Virus record (IMG/VR): IMGVR_UViG_3300045988_145861
Location: 1 to 39,456 of that record
Strand: one strand, 5' to 3'
Source: a virus
Length of the DNA stretch: 39,456 nt
In this document: in pieces, positions 23,610 through 31,491 of the stretch
Layout of the letters: every line of letters starts with the position of its first letter
Position numbering within the stretch: the first letter of the stretch is position 1
Made by a program: the position numbers and the translations under genes
The notes under the pieces: model-generated
What the model was told of the DNA's origin: nothing
What the model saw: only the letters and a program-made list of their open reading frames with translations
Databases searched by the model: none

Positions 23610-25250
23610 TTACCATGCGAAGGAGATCGCGCCGCCGGGTTCCCAGCCTTCGGCGTGCTCATCCGCCGCGGCCTCGTGGGCCAGGATGTCGGCCATGAGC
23701 ACGTCGATCTTCATGTGCTCGGCGGGTTTGCCGAGGATGAACTTGTCGCCGGGCTTGGCGACCTTCCGGGCGTGCAGTGCGCACAGTTTCGCGGTTTCAT
23801 CCGGGGTGTGCGTGGTGAGGCCTTCGGCGAGGTCCTCGCGGAAACGCACCAGGGCCGCGAACATTCGTGTGATCGAGTTCGTCGGCCACTGCACGACCAC
23901 GTAGTCGCCGTACAGGTTTTCCCAGTGGTCGATCTGTGTTTCCCAGTGCCTTGGGTCGCAGTAGAACCGCTGGACCGTGTAGCGTTCCATGAGTTCGGCG
24001 ACCGCCGCGTCCACCTCGCCGCGCGGGATGCGTCCTTCGGGCCATTCCTCGGGGTTCCACACGGTAGGCCGTTGATCTGGGCCGTACGTGGGTGTGAAGC
24101 GCAGTCCGTCGACGGTTTCGGCGCGAATCGCCGTCCAGTCGCCCGACCGCGAACCATCGAAGCCCAGGGCGATTTCGCACCCCGGTTCGGGCTGTTCGTC
24201 GCGGGTCTGGCGATCCCAAACCTTCTCGGTGAGATACGAGCCCTTACCCTGCACGAGGCGATTGCCAAAGAATCGCTCGGCCTGCGTCGGGTCGGTTTCC
24301 ATGAGCTCGTCGACCTCGGCGTCAATCGCCTTGGGGTCCACCCACGGCGACGAGGCGTACACGAAGCGGTGAATCTTCGAGCGATCCGCCTTCTTCGTGT
24401 AATCCCAGTCGAGAGGTGGTTTCTCGTAGAACTTGAAGATGTCCCGCGCCCGGCTTTGGTAGGCCTGCTGCGCCGCCGAGTCCTCCATGGGATCCCACGG
24501 GTTCGTGAGTTCAATGGTGCGGCCCTGCATACCGGCAACAGCGCGGCGGATCGTCTGCCAGGTGTTCAGCACGCCCGATTGGGGAGTATACAGGCCCGAC
24601 TCATCCGCGATAGCGCACGTGAAGGGCTGGCCCAGCTTCGATCTGGCCGCGCTCGTGACGGGCACAATCTTCCCCTCATTCGGGAGACGCACGAAACCTT
24701 CGCGGACACGCACGAAGTCGTCGAGTGGGCCGCTCTTAATCATGGCCTGCAACGGCTCGTAAACGTTACGCGTCTGGTCCTCAGCGAACGCCAAGAGGGC
24801 TATCAGGCTCTTGTCGCGGGGCCGCCCCATGGCCTCGCCCGGCTCATACCAGTACTCCCACCCACAACCGCACCCGTGGTCCGAGCAGCGGTAAACGTCG
24901 CCGTCGCGCGCCCAGCCCGCGAACATCGCCGGGCCCACGCCCTCCGCGAGCGCGACCGCCGCCGCGAGCGGCGACTTACCCGACTTCTGAGGCCCTACCC
25001 ACAGACTACGGCGGTAGGTGAAGGGTTCCACGAGACGGTGAGGGTCCGATTTCGCGTTGGCCTTAATGCGGTAATGGTTGGCGTTGCAGTACAACTGCCA
25101 ACCGTTGAGTACGAGCGGTTGATTGAAGTACACGCCGGAGGGGACGAGGCAGTGGGCCTCGATCCAGTCCGAGATCAGGAAGCCCAGAGTGTGATCCGGG
25201 TTGAAATCCAAGCTGAGTGGGGGCGGCGCGTACTCGTCATGAGCCATCAC
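23610..25250 (-). CDS. terL: Terminase large subunit
   Basis: Walker A-like GPQKSGKSPLAAAVALAE, and a C-terminal nuclease half containing ...IALGFDGSRSGDWTA... Confidence 0.92.
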   Translation of the reverse strand: MMAHDEYAPPPLSLDFNPDHTLGFLISDWIEAHCLVPSGVYFNQPLVLNGWQLYCNANHYRIKANAKSDPHRLVEPFTYRRSLWVGPQKSGKSPLAAAVALAEGVGPAMFAGWARDGDVYRCSDHGCGCGWEYWYEPGEAMGRPRDKSLIALLAFAEDQTRNVYEPLQAMIKSGPLDDFVRVREGFVRLPNEGKIVPVTSAARSKLGQPFTCAIADESGLYTPQSGVLNTWQTIRRAVAGMQGRTIELTNPWDPMEDSAAQQAYQSRARDIFKFYEKPPLDWDYTKKADRSKIHRFVYASSPWVDPKAIDAEVDELMETDPTQAERFFGNRLVQGKGSYLTEKVWDRQTRDEQPEPGCEIALGFDGSRSGDWTAIRAETVDGLRFTPTYGPDQRPTVWNPEEWPEGRIPRGEVDAAVAELMERYTVQRFYCDPRHWETQIDHWENLYGDYVVVQWPTNSITRMFAALVRFREDLAEGLTTHTPDETAKLCALHARKVAKPGDKFILGKPAEHMKIDVLMADILAHEAAADEHAEGWEPGGAISFAW

Positions 25251-25782
25251 TGCCGCCGTCGACGACGGTCATGCCAGCGAGGCGGGCGCGGGAGGAGCGT
25301 CGGCGGGCCGGGCGCTCAGAGAGTTCGGCCTGGTCGGCGGGCTGACCGGTCGTGATCTGCCACTGGTGCAGGGCCAGGCCCGAGGCGGTGAGGCCGATCT
25401 GGTCTGCCAGGCGCAGGAGCGCGGTCTTGTCGCCCGCCTTCGCGCCTTCCTCCTCGCACGTGACGGCGAGGCGCACCCACTGCGCGACGTTGTACGCCAT
25501 CCAGGGCTGTTCACGCCACACCTCGGATTGAGGCTGTCGCCATGCCCAGTCCCATAGCTCAAGTTCACGCTTCCAGCGCAGCTCGGTTGCCAGCTTGCGG
25601 AACCGACGCCCCCCGTTGGGCAGGGTCTCCCACAGTTGCATGGGAGGCATGGCGAACTCGGGGACGGGCGCGGTGTCGGGAACGCCGCCGAGCTGTCGGA
25701 AGGCGATCCCGCGTGCGTCGCTTCGGGCACTGTTGGGGTTGACGGGCGGCCCACTTCGGGCGCGCGCTCCACCGGACGGCAT
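25237..25782 (-). CDS. terS: Terminase small subunit (P27-family-like)
   Basis: Immediately upstream of terL with a 14-nt overlap, in the HNH-terS-terL arrangement. GAGGAG RBS. Confidence 0.6.
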   Translation of the reverse strand: MPSGGARARSGPPVNPNSARSDARGIAFRQLGGVPDTAPVPEFAMPPMQLWETLPNGGRRFRKLATELRWKRELELWDWAWRQPQSEVWREQPWMAYNVAQWVRLAVTCEEEGAKAGDKTALLRLADQIGLTASGLALHQWQITTGQPADQAELSERPARRRSSRARLAGMTVVDGGSDGS

Positions 25783-25954
25783 AACTGTCTCCTCGCTGGC
25801 CGGCGTCGCGCCTGCCTGCTGGGCTACCCGGCGTCGCGCCGGGCGGCTTTTTCAGTTGCGGGCGTAAGGTTTTGAACCCTCCGCACTTTTTTCACCCCTC
25901 ACCGGCGGTCTGACGGGCCCCCGGTCGGGGCCACCCCCCTGGGGGGTGTACGCG
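25783..25954. other. Candidate cos / packaging-recognition region
   Basis: 172-nt gap between HNH and terS. It contains two CCGGCGTCGCGCC direct repeats (25800-25812, 25828-25840), three T-tracts about 20 nt apart, and the dyad CACCCCCC-T-GGGGGGTG (25932-25948). Confidence 0.4.
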
Positions 25955-26302
25955 TCAGTCCGTTTCGGTTCGGGCGTATTTGTGCGCCGCTTTGCCTGCG
26001 GCGCTGCGATTGCAAAAAACGTGTTCTGGTCCGCGAATGATCAAACGATCATCGTCATCATGACCAAGATCAAACGGTTCGCCTGCCTCGATAGGCTTGC
26101 CACACCGCCAACACACGGCCTGGCCGGCCTCCACCAGACGGGCGGCCTGTGCCCGGGCGGCCCGGTAGTGGCGGTCATACCCGCGCGCGGTTGAGTAGCC
26201 TCGTCGCTGTTCGCGCTCGCGGTTGTGGGTTGGGCAGTACCTGGGGCCGGGATGGGGGATGAGGGCGGGGCATCCCGGGTGTGGGCAGCGGCGGCGGGAC
26301 AT
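25955..26302 (-). CDS. HNH endonuclease (115 aa from ATG 26302)
   Basis: CPHPGC...YCPTH zinc knuckle plus CWRCGKPIEAGEPFDLGHDDDD...EHVFCN HNH core. GAGGA RBS. Confidence 0.85.
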   Translation of the reverse strand: MSRRRCPHPGCPALIPHPGPRYCPTHNREREQRRGYSTARGYDRHYRAARAQAARLVEAGQAVCWRCGKPIEAGEPFDLGHDDDDRLIIRGPEHVFCNRSAAGKAAHKYARTETD

Positions 26303-26450
26303 GGTCTGTGTCCTCACGGTACGGGTGTGCGGGTGGGCGTGGAGTCGCCGTGTTACCTGTGTGGTTGTGTGCCCGTCGTTGGGCTTTGGCTTGGCGCTTG
26401 CTTGGTGGCTGCCTTGGTAGGTGCCACTGCATGTGCGGGGGGATGATACG

Positions 26451-26486
26451 CAAGACCCCCGACCTGTTACTGGGTCGGGGGTCTTG
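26451..26486 (-). terminator. Perfect 14-bp-stem hairpin (CAAGACCCCCGACC / GGTCGGGGGTCTTG) separating the early/middle and late operons
   Basis: Read directly, within the 264-nt non-coding gap between 26567..26935 and the HNH gene. Confidence 0.6.
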
Positions 26487-26566
26487 GTATCGATCAGGAG
26501 ACGGGGGTATCCGTGGCACACTACACCCGCTTCAAGTGTGACACTACCACACTTAGGGGGTATCTG

Positions 26567-26935
26567 CTACTCGGTATCCGCGCGTGTTGCCACCTGCGCG
26601 CGGTGGGCCTTCTGCAGTTTGGCAGTCGCCTTGACGGCGGCGGCCAGGTCACCGTCGATGGTTGCATCCATCATGTCGCGGCGTTCCATGAGCTTGACGA
26701 CGACGCCCACAGTCTCAGGGTCACCCTGAGAAGCGAGGGGCCAGAGGGCCGCGCTCATCTTGTCCAGACGGCGGGCTTCGACATCGGGGTCGTAGCCACG
26801 CGGGTCCAGCTTCTTCCCAGCTTTGATGAGGGCCTTCACGTCCTTGACGGTGGTGTCGAGCAGTTCGGCAATCTTGGCGACGCTTAGGCCTGCAGTGGCG
26901 AGGTCGAGAGCGCGCAGGGCCAGTTCGTCGGTCAT
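26567..26935 (-). CDS. HTH DNA-binding protein resembling actinophage small-terminase / sigma-70 region-4-type proteins (122 aa)
   Basis: GLSVAKIAELLDTTVKDVKALIKAG HTH, then RRLDKMSAALWPLASQGDPETVGVVVKLMERRDMM. ATG 26935 overlaps the upstream stop. Confidence 0.5.
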   Translation of the reverse strand: MTDELALRALDLATAGLSVAKIAELLDTTVKDVKALIKAGKKLDPRGYDPDVEARRLDKMSAALWPLASQGDPETVGVVVKLMERRDMMDATIDGDLAAAVKATAKLQKAHRAQVATRADTE

Positions 26936-27114
26936 TGCACCCACCTTGCTTGGACGATAGTTAGCGCTACAACAAGCGCCGCTGTGGCTATCTGAGCCGC
27001 TCCGAAAGCCTGGTCGCCGCCAGCGATATTGGCGCACCCCTTCGCGGCTGTTATGGCGGCCACCGTGATAGGTGGCGCGGCCTGACATATGCGGGTGAAA
27101 ACTACGCGCTTCAT
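26932..27114 (-). CDS. Hypothetical small hydrophobic protein (60 aa)
   Basis: ATGA overlaps at both ends link it to its neighbours. Confidence 0.4.
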   Translation of the reverse strand: MKRVVFTRICQAAPPITVAAITAAKGCANIAGGDQAFGAAQIATAALVVALTIVQARWVQ

Positions 27115-27578
27115 GCTGTCTCCTGTCGCAGGAGAGCGTATTGGGCTGCTCGTCGCGCGAGGCGCTCGACGACGATGCCGGGGAGAGGTTCGGGCACGTG
27201 GTTGATCTTGCACTTGCGTCGCCACTCGATTGTGCCATCAACACGTACCCAGACGATGCCGATTGATGCGTCAATGACAGGGCTTGTGTCGATGAGTCCT
27301 TCGGGGACCGCGTATAGGAACCTGTGCGTCACGCGCTTCCACGGGCGTATCTTCGCCCACGTTTCGCGCTTCGCATCGGCCCTGTCGACCTTGATTTCGA
27401 TTGCTGTCCTGATCTGTTTGTCGATCATGAGCGCGTCAATGCGACGCACCAGCGAGTCATGCCCGTCTGGGTTGTCCAGGTTGGCATAAGCGTATTCGTC
27501 TCTGATTTCCAGCTCGGGGACAATCGCAGCGGACGGCCAGGCCTTGCGCAGGGCGTTCAGGATGTCGTCGGCGTTCAT
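27111..27578 (-). CDS. PD-(D/E)XK nuclease-fold protein (MmcB-like), 155 aa
   Basis: IDALMID...TAIEIKVDRAD gives a D...E-x-K motif. ATG 27578 overlaps the upstream stop. Confidence 0.5.
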   Translation of the reverse strand: MNADDILNALRKAWPSAAIVPELEIRDEYAYANLDNPDGHDSLVRRIDALMIDKQIRTAIEIKVDRADAKRETWAKIRPWKRVTHRFLYAVPEGLIDTSPVIDASIGIVWVRVDGTIEWRRKCKINHVPEPLPGIVVERLARRAAQYALLRQETA

Positions 27579-28318
27579 GCTGCGCCTTGTTCTCTGTCGA
27601 GGCGGTCGTGGACGGCGGCGACCTGGTAGAGGGGGCCGGGCTCGGTGGGCACGTGCCCACGGTGTGCCCACTGTCTGAGCCTGTCGTGGGAGAGGCTTGG
27701 GAAAGCCTGGGAGAGGGTCGCCCAGTCCACGTAGATGGCGGGATTACGGGTGTTCCTGAGAACGTCGTTCAGGGCTACTTTACGTGTCATTTCTTGGTCG
27801 TCCTTATCTTGGTACCAGCGGTCACACCGCTCGCACGAGCCATGTTCGGGGATACCGCTAGGGGTGGGGTCTGTGGTAATGTCGCCGCCGCAATTCGGGC
27901 ACGTGCCGATCACGGCGGGGGTGTGGCCGGTCGCTCGAGCGAGAACGCGCCACGTGTCGGCGATGGTGTCTGCGAGGGCTTCCCAGTCGGCTGCGTGGGC
28001 CTGCGCCCACGCGATGGTGCCGATCAGGTAGGGGAGCGTGGACCGACGGGCGGGGGCGGGCTCTTGGCGTTCGTCTGAGAGCTGCACCGCCCACGGGTGG
28101 AGGACGTCGAGGACACCAGCGCTGGTTCGGATGCCGGCGGGTCCGTCGTCGGTGGTGTCGAGGACGGCGGCGAGGTGGTAGGGGAGGCCCCCGCCGGCCC
28201 CGCTGTGGCCGCCCGAGGTGGGGCGGGGGGAGTGCAATCCGGTCGCGGTGTGGGCGGCGTCGTCGAGCGCGGGAATCCAGGCAGCGATCTGCGCGAGCAT
28301 ATGCATGGGCGTGGGCAT
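27575..28318 (-). CDS. Zinc-ribbon protein with a C-terminal HTH-like region (247 aa)
   Basis: CPNCGG...17 aa...CERC four-Cys ribbon. Function unknown. Confidence 0.5.
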   Translation of the reverse strand: MPTPMHMLAQIAAWIPALDDAAHTATGLHSPRPTSGGHSGAGGGLPYHLAAVLDTTDDGPAGIRTSAGVLDVLHPWAVQLSDERQEPAPARRSTLPYLIGTIAWAQAHAADWEALADTIADTWRVLARATGHTPAVIGTCPNCGGDITTDPTPSGIPEHGSCERCDRWYQDKDDQEMTRKVALNDVLRNTRNPAIYVDWATLSQAFPSLSHDRLRQWAHRGHVPTEPGPLYQVAAVHDRLDREQGAA

Positions 28319-28363
28319 TGGCGGGGGTCTCCATTCCGATTTTAGAGGGGTGTGCTGTACATA

Positions 28364-28828
28364 TTAAAACGGGGGGTCGGTGGGCATGGGTTGGTTGGCC
28401 CACGGGCTGCCGCCGACGGGCTGACCCGTGACGTTGCCAGGCGCGGGCGCTGGCCCGCGCTGCGCCTGGTACTGGCGTCGCGCGGCGGTCGATCCGAGGA
28501 ATCGCGGGTTGATCACTTCGAGGGCTTCGTGGCGCTGGCCGTCCTTGCCGGTGAATTCGACCTTGGCGATCACGCCGCTGAGTGCGACCTGGTCACCTTT
28601 CCGGCACGTCTCAGCGATCCACGAGTGGCGTTCGCCCCACAGGGCGGCGCGCACCCACACGGGTGCTCCCGCGTCCTCCCACTCGCCCGTGGGCTTACCG
28701 TCCGGGCCTCGGCGCTGCCTGCGCGGCGTCGCGCAGATCCGCAGATCCGTGACTTGCTGGCCGCCCTGGGTCCAACGGACCTCGGGGTCAGCGCCCAGGT
28801 TTCCGCTGATGGTTGCTTCGATTGCCAT
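28364..28828 (-). CDS. ssb: Single-stranded DNA-binding protein
   Basis: OB-fold N-terminus MAIEATISGNLGADPEVRWTQGG, Gly/Pro/Gln-rich tail, C-terminal tip TDPPF. Confidence 0.88.
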   Translation of the reverse strand: MAIEATISGNLGADPEVRWTQGGQQVTDLRICATPRRQRRGPDGKPTGEWEDAGAPVWVRAALWGERHSWIAETCRKGDQVALSGVIAKVEFTGKDGQRHEALEVINPRFLGSTAARRQYQAQRGPAPAPGNVTGQPVGGSPWANQPMPTDPPF

Positions 28829-28995
28829 GATTGATGTGTCCTTTTCGTTGATTTCACGCCGATTGTCGGGCGTGGGGTAGTTGTTGTGGGCCGCGAGCGC
28901 GTTTATTGTCTGCCCGGTCTATTCGCTGTACGGCGTTTTGCGGCCCGTTCGCACCCTCGGGTGGGTGTGGGTACCGCCGGGGGGCTGTTCGCCTG

Positions 28996-29478
28996 TCAGA
29001 GGCCCGCGCTGGGGGCTTGTCGGGGGGTTGCTGCGTTGAGCATGGCCTGCCAGTCGGCGGGCGGGGGCGCGGATGGGAGTTCTCGGCGTTCGCGGGGTGT
29101 GCGTTGGATGGCGTGCCAGGCGCGGGCGTCTGCCTGTGCCCCGTCGCATCCGGCTTTGATGGCTCGGATTTGGGCTTGTTTCCAGGCTGCCCAGTCGCCG
29201 GGGGTGTCGGCGAGTTCGTCGGGCGGCTCGGGTAGGCCCATGCGGACGGCGGTTTCGAGCCTGGCCTTGCCGAGGCTGCGCCAGCGGCGGTTGATGTCGG
29301 CGGGCATGATCCATGCGCGTTCGTCGCGGTAGTGCTCGCTGACGATGCGCAGCGCATCGGCGAGGGGCATGTCCTGGTTGAGGGCTTCGGCCCAGGCGAG
29401 GGCTGCGGCCTCGTTGGGCTGGCGGTTGTCGTAGGCGGCGGCTTTGGCGAGTACTTTCGCGGCTTCTTGGGGGGTCAT
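28996..29478 (-). CDS. Hypothetical replication-module protein (160 aa)
   Basis: ATG 29478 overlaps the initiator stop (ATGA). The upstream part of track ORF 28996..29796 is Arg/Pro-rich noise. Confidence 0.5.
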   Translation of the reverse strand: MTPQEAAKVLAKAAAYDNRQPNEAAALAWAEALNQDMPLADALRIVSEHYRDERAWIMPADINRRWRSLGKARLETAVRMGLPEPPDELADTPGDWAAWKQAQIRAIKAGCDGAQADARAWHAIQRTPRERRELPSAPPPADWQAMLNAATPRQAPSAGL

Positions 29479-30452
29479 GCACAGGCTCCTTCGATGGCGA
29501 TCAGGCTGGGCTGGCTGGTGGGCTGGTGGTTGGGGTCGAGGCTGTCCGCGAGGGCGAGCCACCCGTTGACGCGGTCGTCGGTGGTGGCACGCGGGGCGGG
29601 GCCTCGGTTCGGCTGAGTGTGCTGTTCCTGGCACCTGCGCGCCCAGTTGCGCCACGTGGCAGCCCAGTCGGCGCGGACGCCGCGCTGCCCTGAGAGCGAT
29701 TGCCAGTAGTCCCGAAAGCGGTCGACCTCGACGGCGTTCGCCGCGGCGGGGGCGTTGGCGCGGGTCCAGTCCGCGAGGGCCTGGTCCGGCTGCCACCCGT
29801 CAGGGAGCCTGGTTCCACGCGAGGCCCGCGCTCGCGGTGAAGGCTTCTTGGCTTCGACGGTGTTGGCGCTCGCGGTTGCCGGCGCCGCGTCAGCGGCGAC
29901 GGTCTGAGTCTCAGCGACGGCGAGGGTGAGGATTTCGGATGAGGGGGGAACTAAAAGGGGAGTAGTAATACTTTCTTTTCTCTCTTCTCTTTTCTCTTTG
30001 CTCCGCGTGTCACGCCCCATGTCACGCCCCATGTCACGCCCCATGTCACGCGTGACATGCTCCGGTTCGCCCTGTTCGGACTTTCGGGCGCGCTCGCGGG
30101 CTTTTCTTGCCCTCGCGGCGGCGCGTTTTGCGTCGTTTTTTGCCTGGGTGTCACGGTAGGGGGCGTTCCATTTGAGCCAATTTGTCACGCTTACGGCGGC
30201 GTGACTTTTTGTGACAAGACCGTGACTTTCACACTCTGTCACGCGTGACATTGCGTCGGGGATGCCGAGGCGGTTGACGGCGACTTCGAGTGGGATGACG
30301 CCGTCGGTTTCGGGGTGTGCTGCGCACCAGGCGAGGGCGCGCACATACCACAGCTCGGCGTCGGGGCCGACGGCGATAATTGCGGGATCGTCGTAGTACG
30401 CGGCTGCGAGGGCCGCGTAGCGGCCGGGCCGCTTGAAGCCGGTGCGTGCCAT
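29475..30452 (-). CDS. Replication initiator / replisome-organiser-like protein
   Basis: Two-domain layout: an N-terminal winged-helix-like region, a low-complexity linker (RDMGRDMGRDMGRD, KEKREERKE), and a C-terminal LPDGWQPD...FRDYW...DWAATWRNWARR typical of DnaD/organiser-type phage initiators. Iterons lie inside the gene. Confidence 0.6.
   Translation of the reverse strand: MARTGFKRPGRYAALAAAYYDDPAIIAVGPDAELWYVRALAWCAAHPETDGVIPLEVAVNRLGIPDAMSRVTECESHGLVTKSHAAVSVTNWLKWNAPYRDTQAKNDAKRAAARARKARERARKSEQGEPEHVTRDMGRDMGRDMGRDTRSKEKREERKESITTPLLVPPSSEILTLAVAETQTVAADAAPATASANTVEAKKPSPRARASRGTRLPDGWQPDQALADWTRANAPAAANAVEVDRFRDYWQSLSGQRGVRADWAATWRNWARRCQEQHTQPNRGPAPRATTDDRVNGWLALADSLDPNHQPTSQPSLIAIEGACA
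29951..30250. other. Candidate origin of replication: AT-rich tract, 12-bp iterons and TGTCACGCGTGACA palindromes
   Basis: By my count 29961-30000 is about 30% G+C. TGTCACGCCCCA x3 at 30008-30043, TGTCACGCGTGACA at 30044-30057 and 30237-30250, and further GTCAC/GTGAC cores at 30149, 30183, 30199, 30211 and 30221. Confidence 0.6.
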
Positions 30453-30643
30453 TAGCTCATCCTTTCGTCTGGCTCTATGCGGATCTCAATCTGTTGGTAG
30501 TCGGCAAGCGCGTAACCGCTGATGTCTGCGATCACCCACCCGGTTGGGATGGTCTGTAGCGCCTCGATGAGTTCGCCGGGGTCGATCCGTTCGCCGTGTT
30601 CGACGCGGATTGTGAGTAACTCGGTACGGACTGCGCTAAGCAT
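30452..30643 (-). CDS. Small-protein family member P1 (63 aa)
   Basis: Track ORF. Shares a strand-helix-strand-strand pattern with five other small ORFs (see findings). Confidence 0.55.
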   Translation of the reverse strand: MLSAVRTELLTIRVEHGERIDPGELIEALQTIPTGWVIADISGYALADYQQIEIRIEPDERMS

Positions 30644-30833
30644 CTTCGTGTTTCCGCTCTGGCTGCGTGTAGTAGGTGATTTCTGTGACGGCCTGGTAGC
30701 CCTGCTCCACTGTCTCGATGGTGAGCACGCGGGCGGTGTCAGGTAGGCCGGTAATCGCCTTGGCGAGCTGTTCGGGGTCGATTCCGAACGACGCGTTGAA
30801 GCGCACGGTTGTGTGCCTGATATTCCTGGGCAT
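30636..30833 (-). CDS. Small-protein family member P2 (65 aa from ATG 30833)
   Basis: TAATG stop/start overlap with P3. Confidence 0.55.
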   Translation of the reverse strand: MPRNIRHTTVRFNASFGIDPEQLAKAITGLPDTARVLTIETVEQGYQAVTEITYYTQPERKHEDA

Positions 30834-31042
30834 TACTGGGCCTCCCAAGGCATTACTGTGGTGTAGTAGATAGCGACGCAGCGCGTTGGAATCGGCCCGT
30901 CATCTTCGGTGATACGCATTTCAACGATGTCTGAGTAGACGGGCATTTCATCGAGCATCCGTTGCACGGTTTCCGGGAGGATCGGCTTGTCATCTGTCAG
31001 TCTGAACGTCACATACATGGTCGGTTTGCGTTTGCGTGCCAT
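30833..31042 (-). CDS. Small-protein family member P3 (69 aa)
   Basis: Track ORF. Confidence 0.55.
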   Translation of the reverse strand: MARKRKPTMYVTFRLTDDKPILPETVQRMLDEMPVYSDIVEMRITEDDGPIPTRCVAIYYTTVMPWEAQ

Positions 31043-31043
31043 G

Positions 31044-31301
31044 TCATGGCCTCCTGTAGCGTGCGAAGGCTGGATTGTCGACGTACGTGATCGTGAGGGC
31101 CCGCTTTGCTACCTGGGTTATCTCGTGTGGCTCTTCCACTGGGATGTCAGCGACCGATAAGCCTGTGATCAACGCGCCGTCAGGCAGGGTGTCACTTAGC
31201 CCGCGAATAAGGTCGCTTTTTTCAAGCAGTTCCTTGCGGCCCCAGGTGAGCTTCACGGTGTGGGTGGTCTGCGCTTCGATCTTCCCCATGTCAGTTGCCA
31301 T
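31044..31301 (-). CDS. Small-protein family member P4 (85 aa; alternative start at 31289)
   Basis: Track ORF. Confidence 0.5.
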   Translation of the reverse strand: MATDMGKIEAQTTHTVKLTWGRKELLEKSDLIRGLSDTLPDGALITGLSVADIPVEEPHEITQVAKRALTITYVDNPAFARYRRP

Positions 31302-31491
31302 TCTCGGCGGGCTCGCGGTAGGCGATGACGAGGCGGCGGCCTTCGTGAAGGGGGGTCTGCCGGTCTACGGTCATGTCGTCGATGACTGCGCCTGGCTTGA
31401 GTTGTGCGAGTAGGGCGGTCACGACGGAGGGTGTGACGCCGTCGGCGCGGTCGAACGTGACCGTGAAATGGCCTCGGATGTAGTGCTTCAT
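31291..31491 (-). CDS. Small-protein family member P5 (66 aa)
   Basis: Track ORF with a 4-nt overlap onto the RusA-like gene. Confidence 0.55.
   Translation of the reverse strand: MKHYIRGHFTVTFDRADGVTPSVVTALLAQLKPGAVIDDMTVDRQTPLHEGRRLVIAYREPAENGN

Noticed and set aside
23514-25355. A 613-aa plus-strand ORF antisense to terL. Similar long antisense ORFs are at 22244..23698, 19452..20537, 20413..21417, 15645..16742, 16589..17533, 14457..15110, 8895..9599 and 501..1106.
   Set aside because: They are Arg/Gly/Pro/Ala-rich with no recognisable motifs and no RBS. Each lies opposite a gene with clear domain signatures. Long spurious antisense ORFs are expected at this G+C content.
27645-27660. A 16-bp perfect palindrome GTGGGCACGTGCCCAC.
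   Set aside because: It lies inside the coding sequence of the 247-aa zinc-ribbon protein (codons RGHVPT) and I saw no second copy. It is probably coincidental in GC-rich coding DNA.
30008-30057. The tandem 12-bp repeats, considered as a possible CRISPR array.
   Set aside because: The repeats are contiguous with no spacers, are only 12 bp long, and lie inside a coding region. They fit iterons, not CRISPR.
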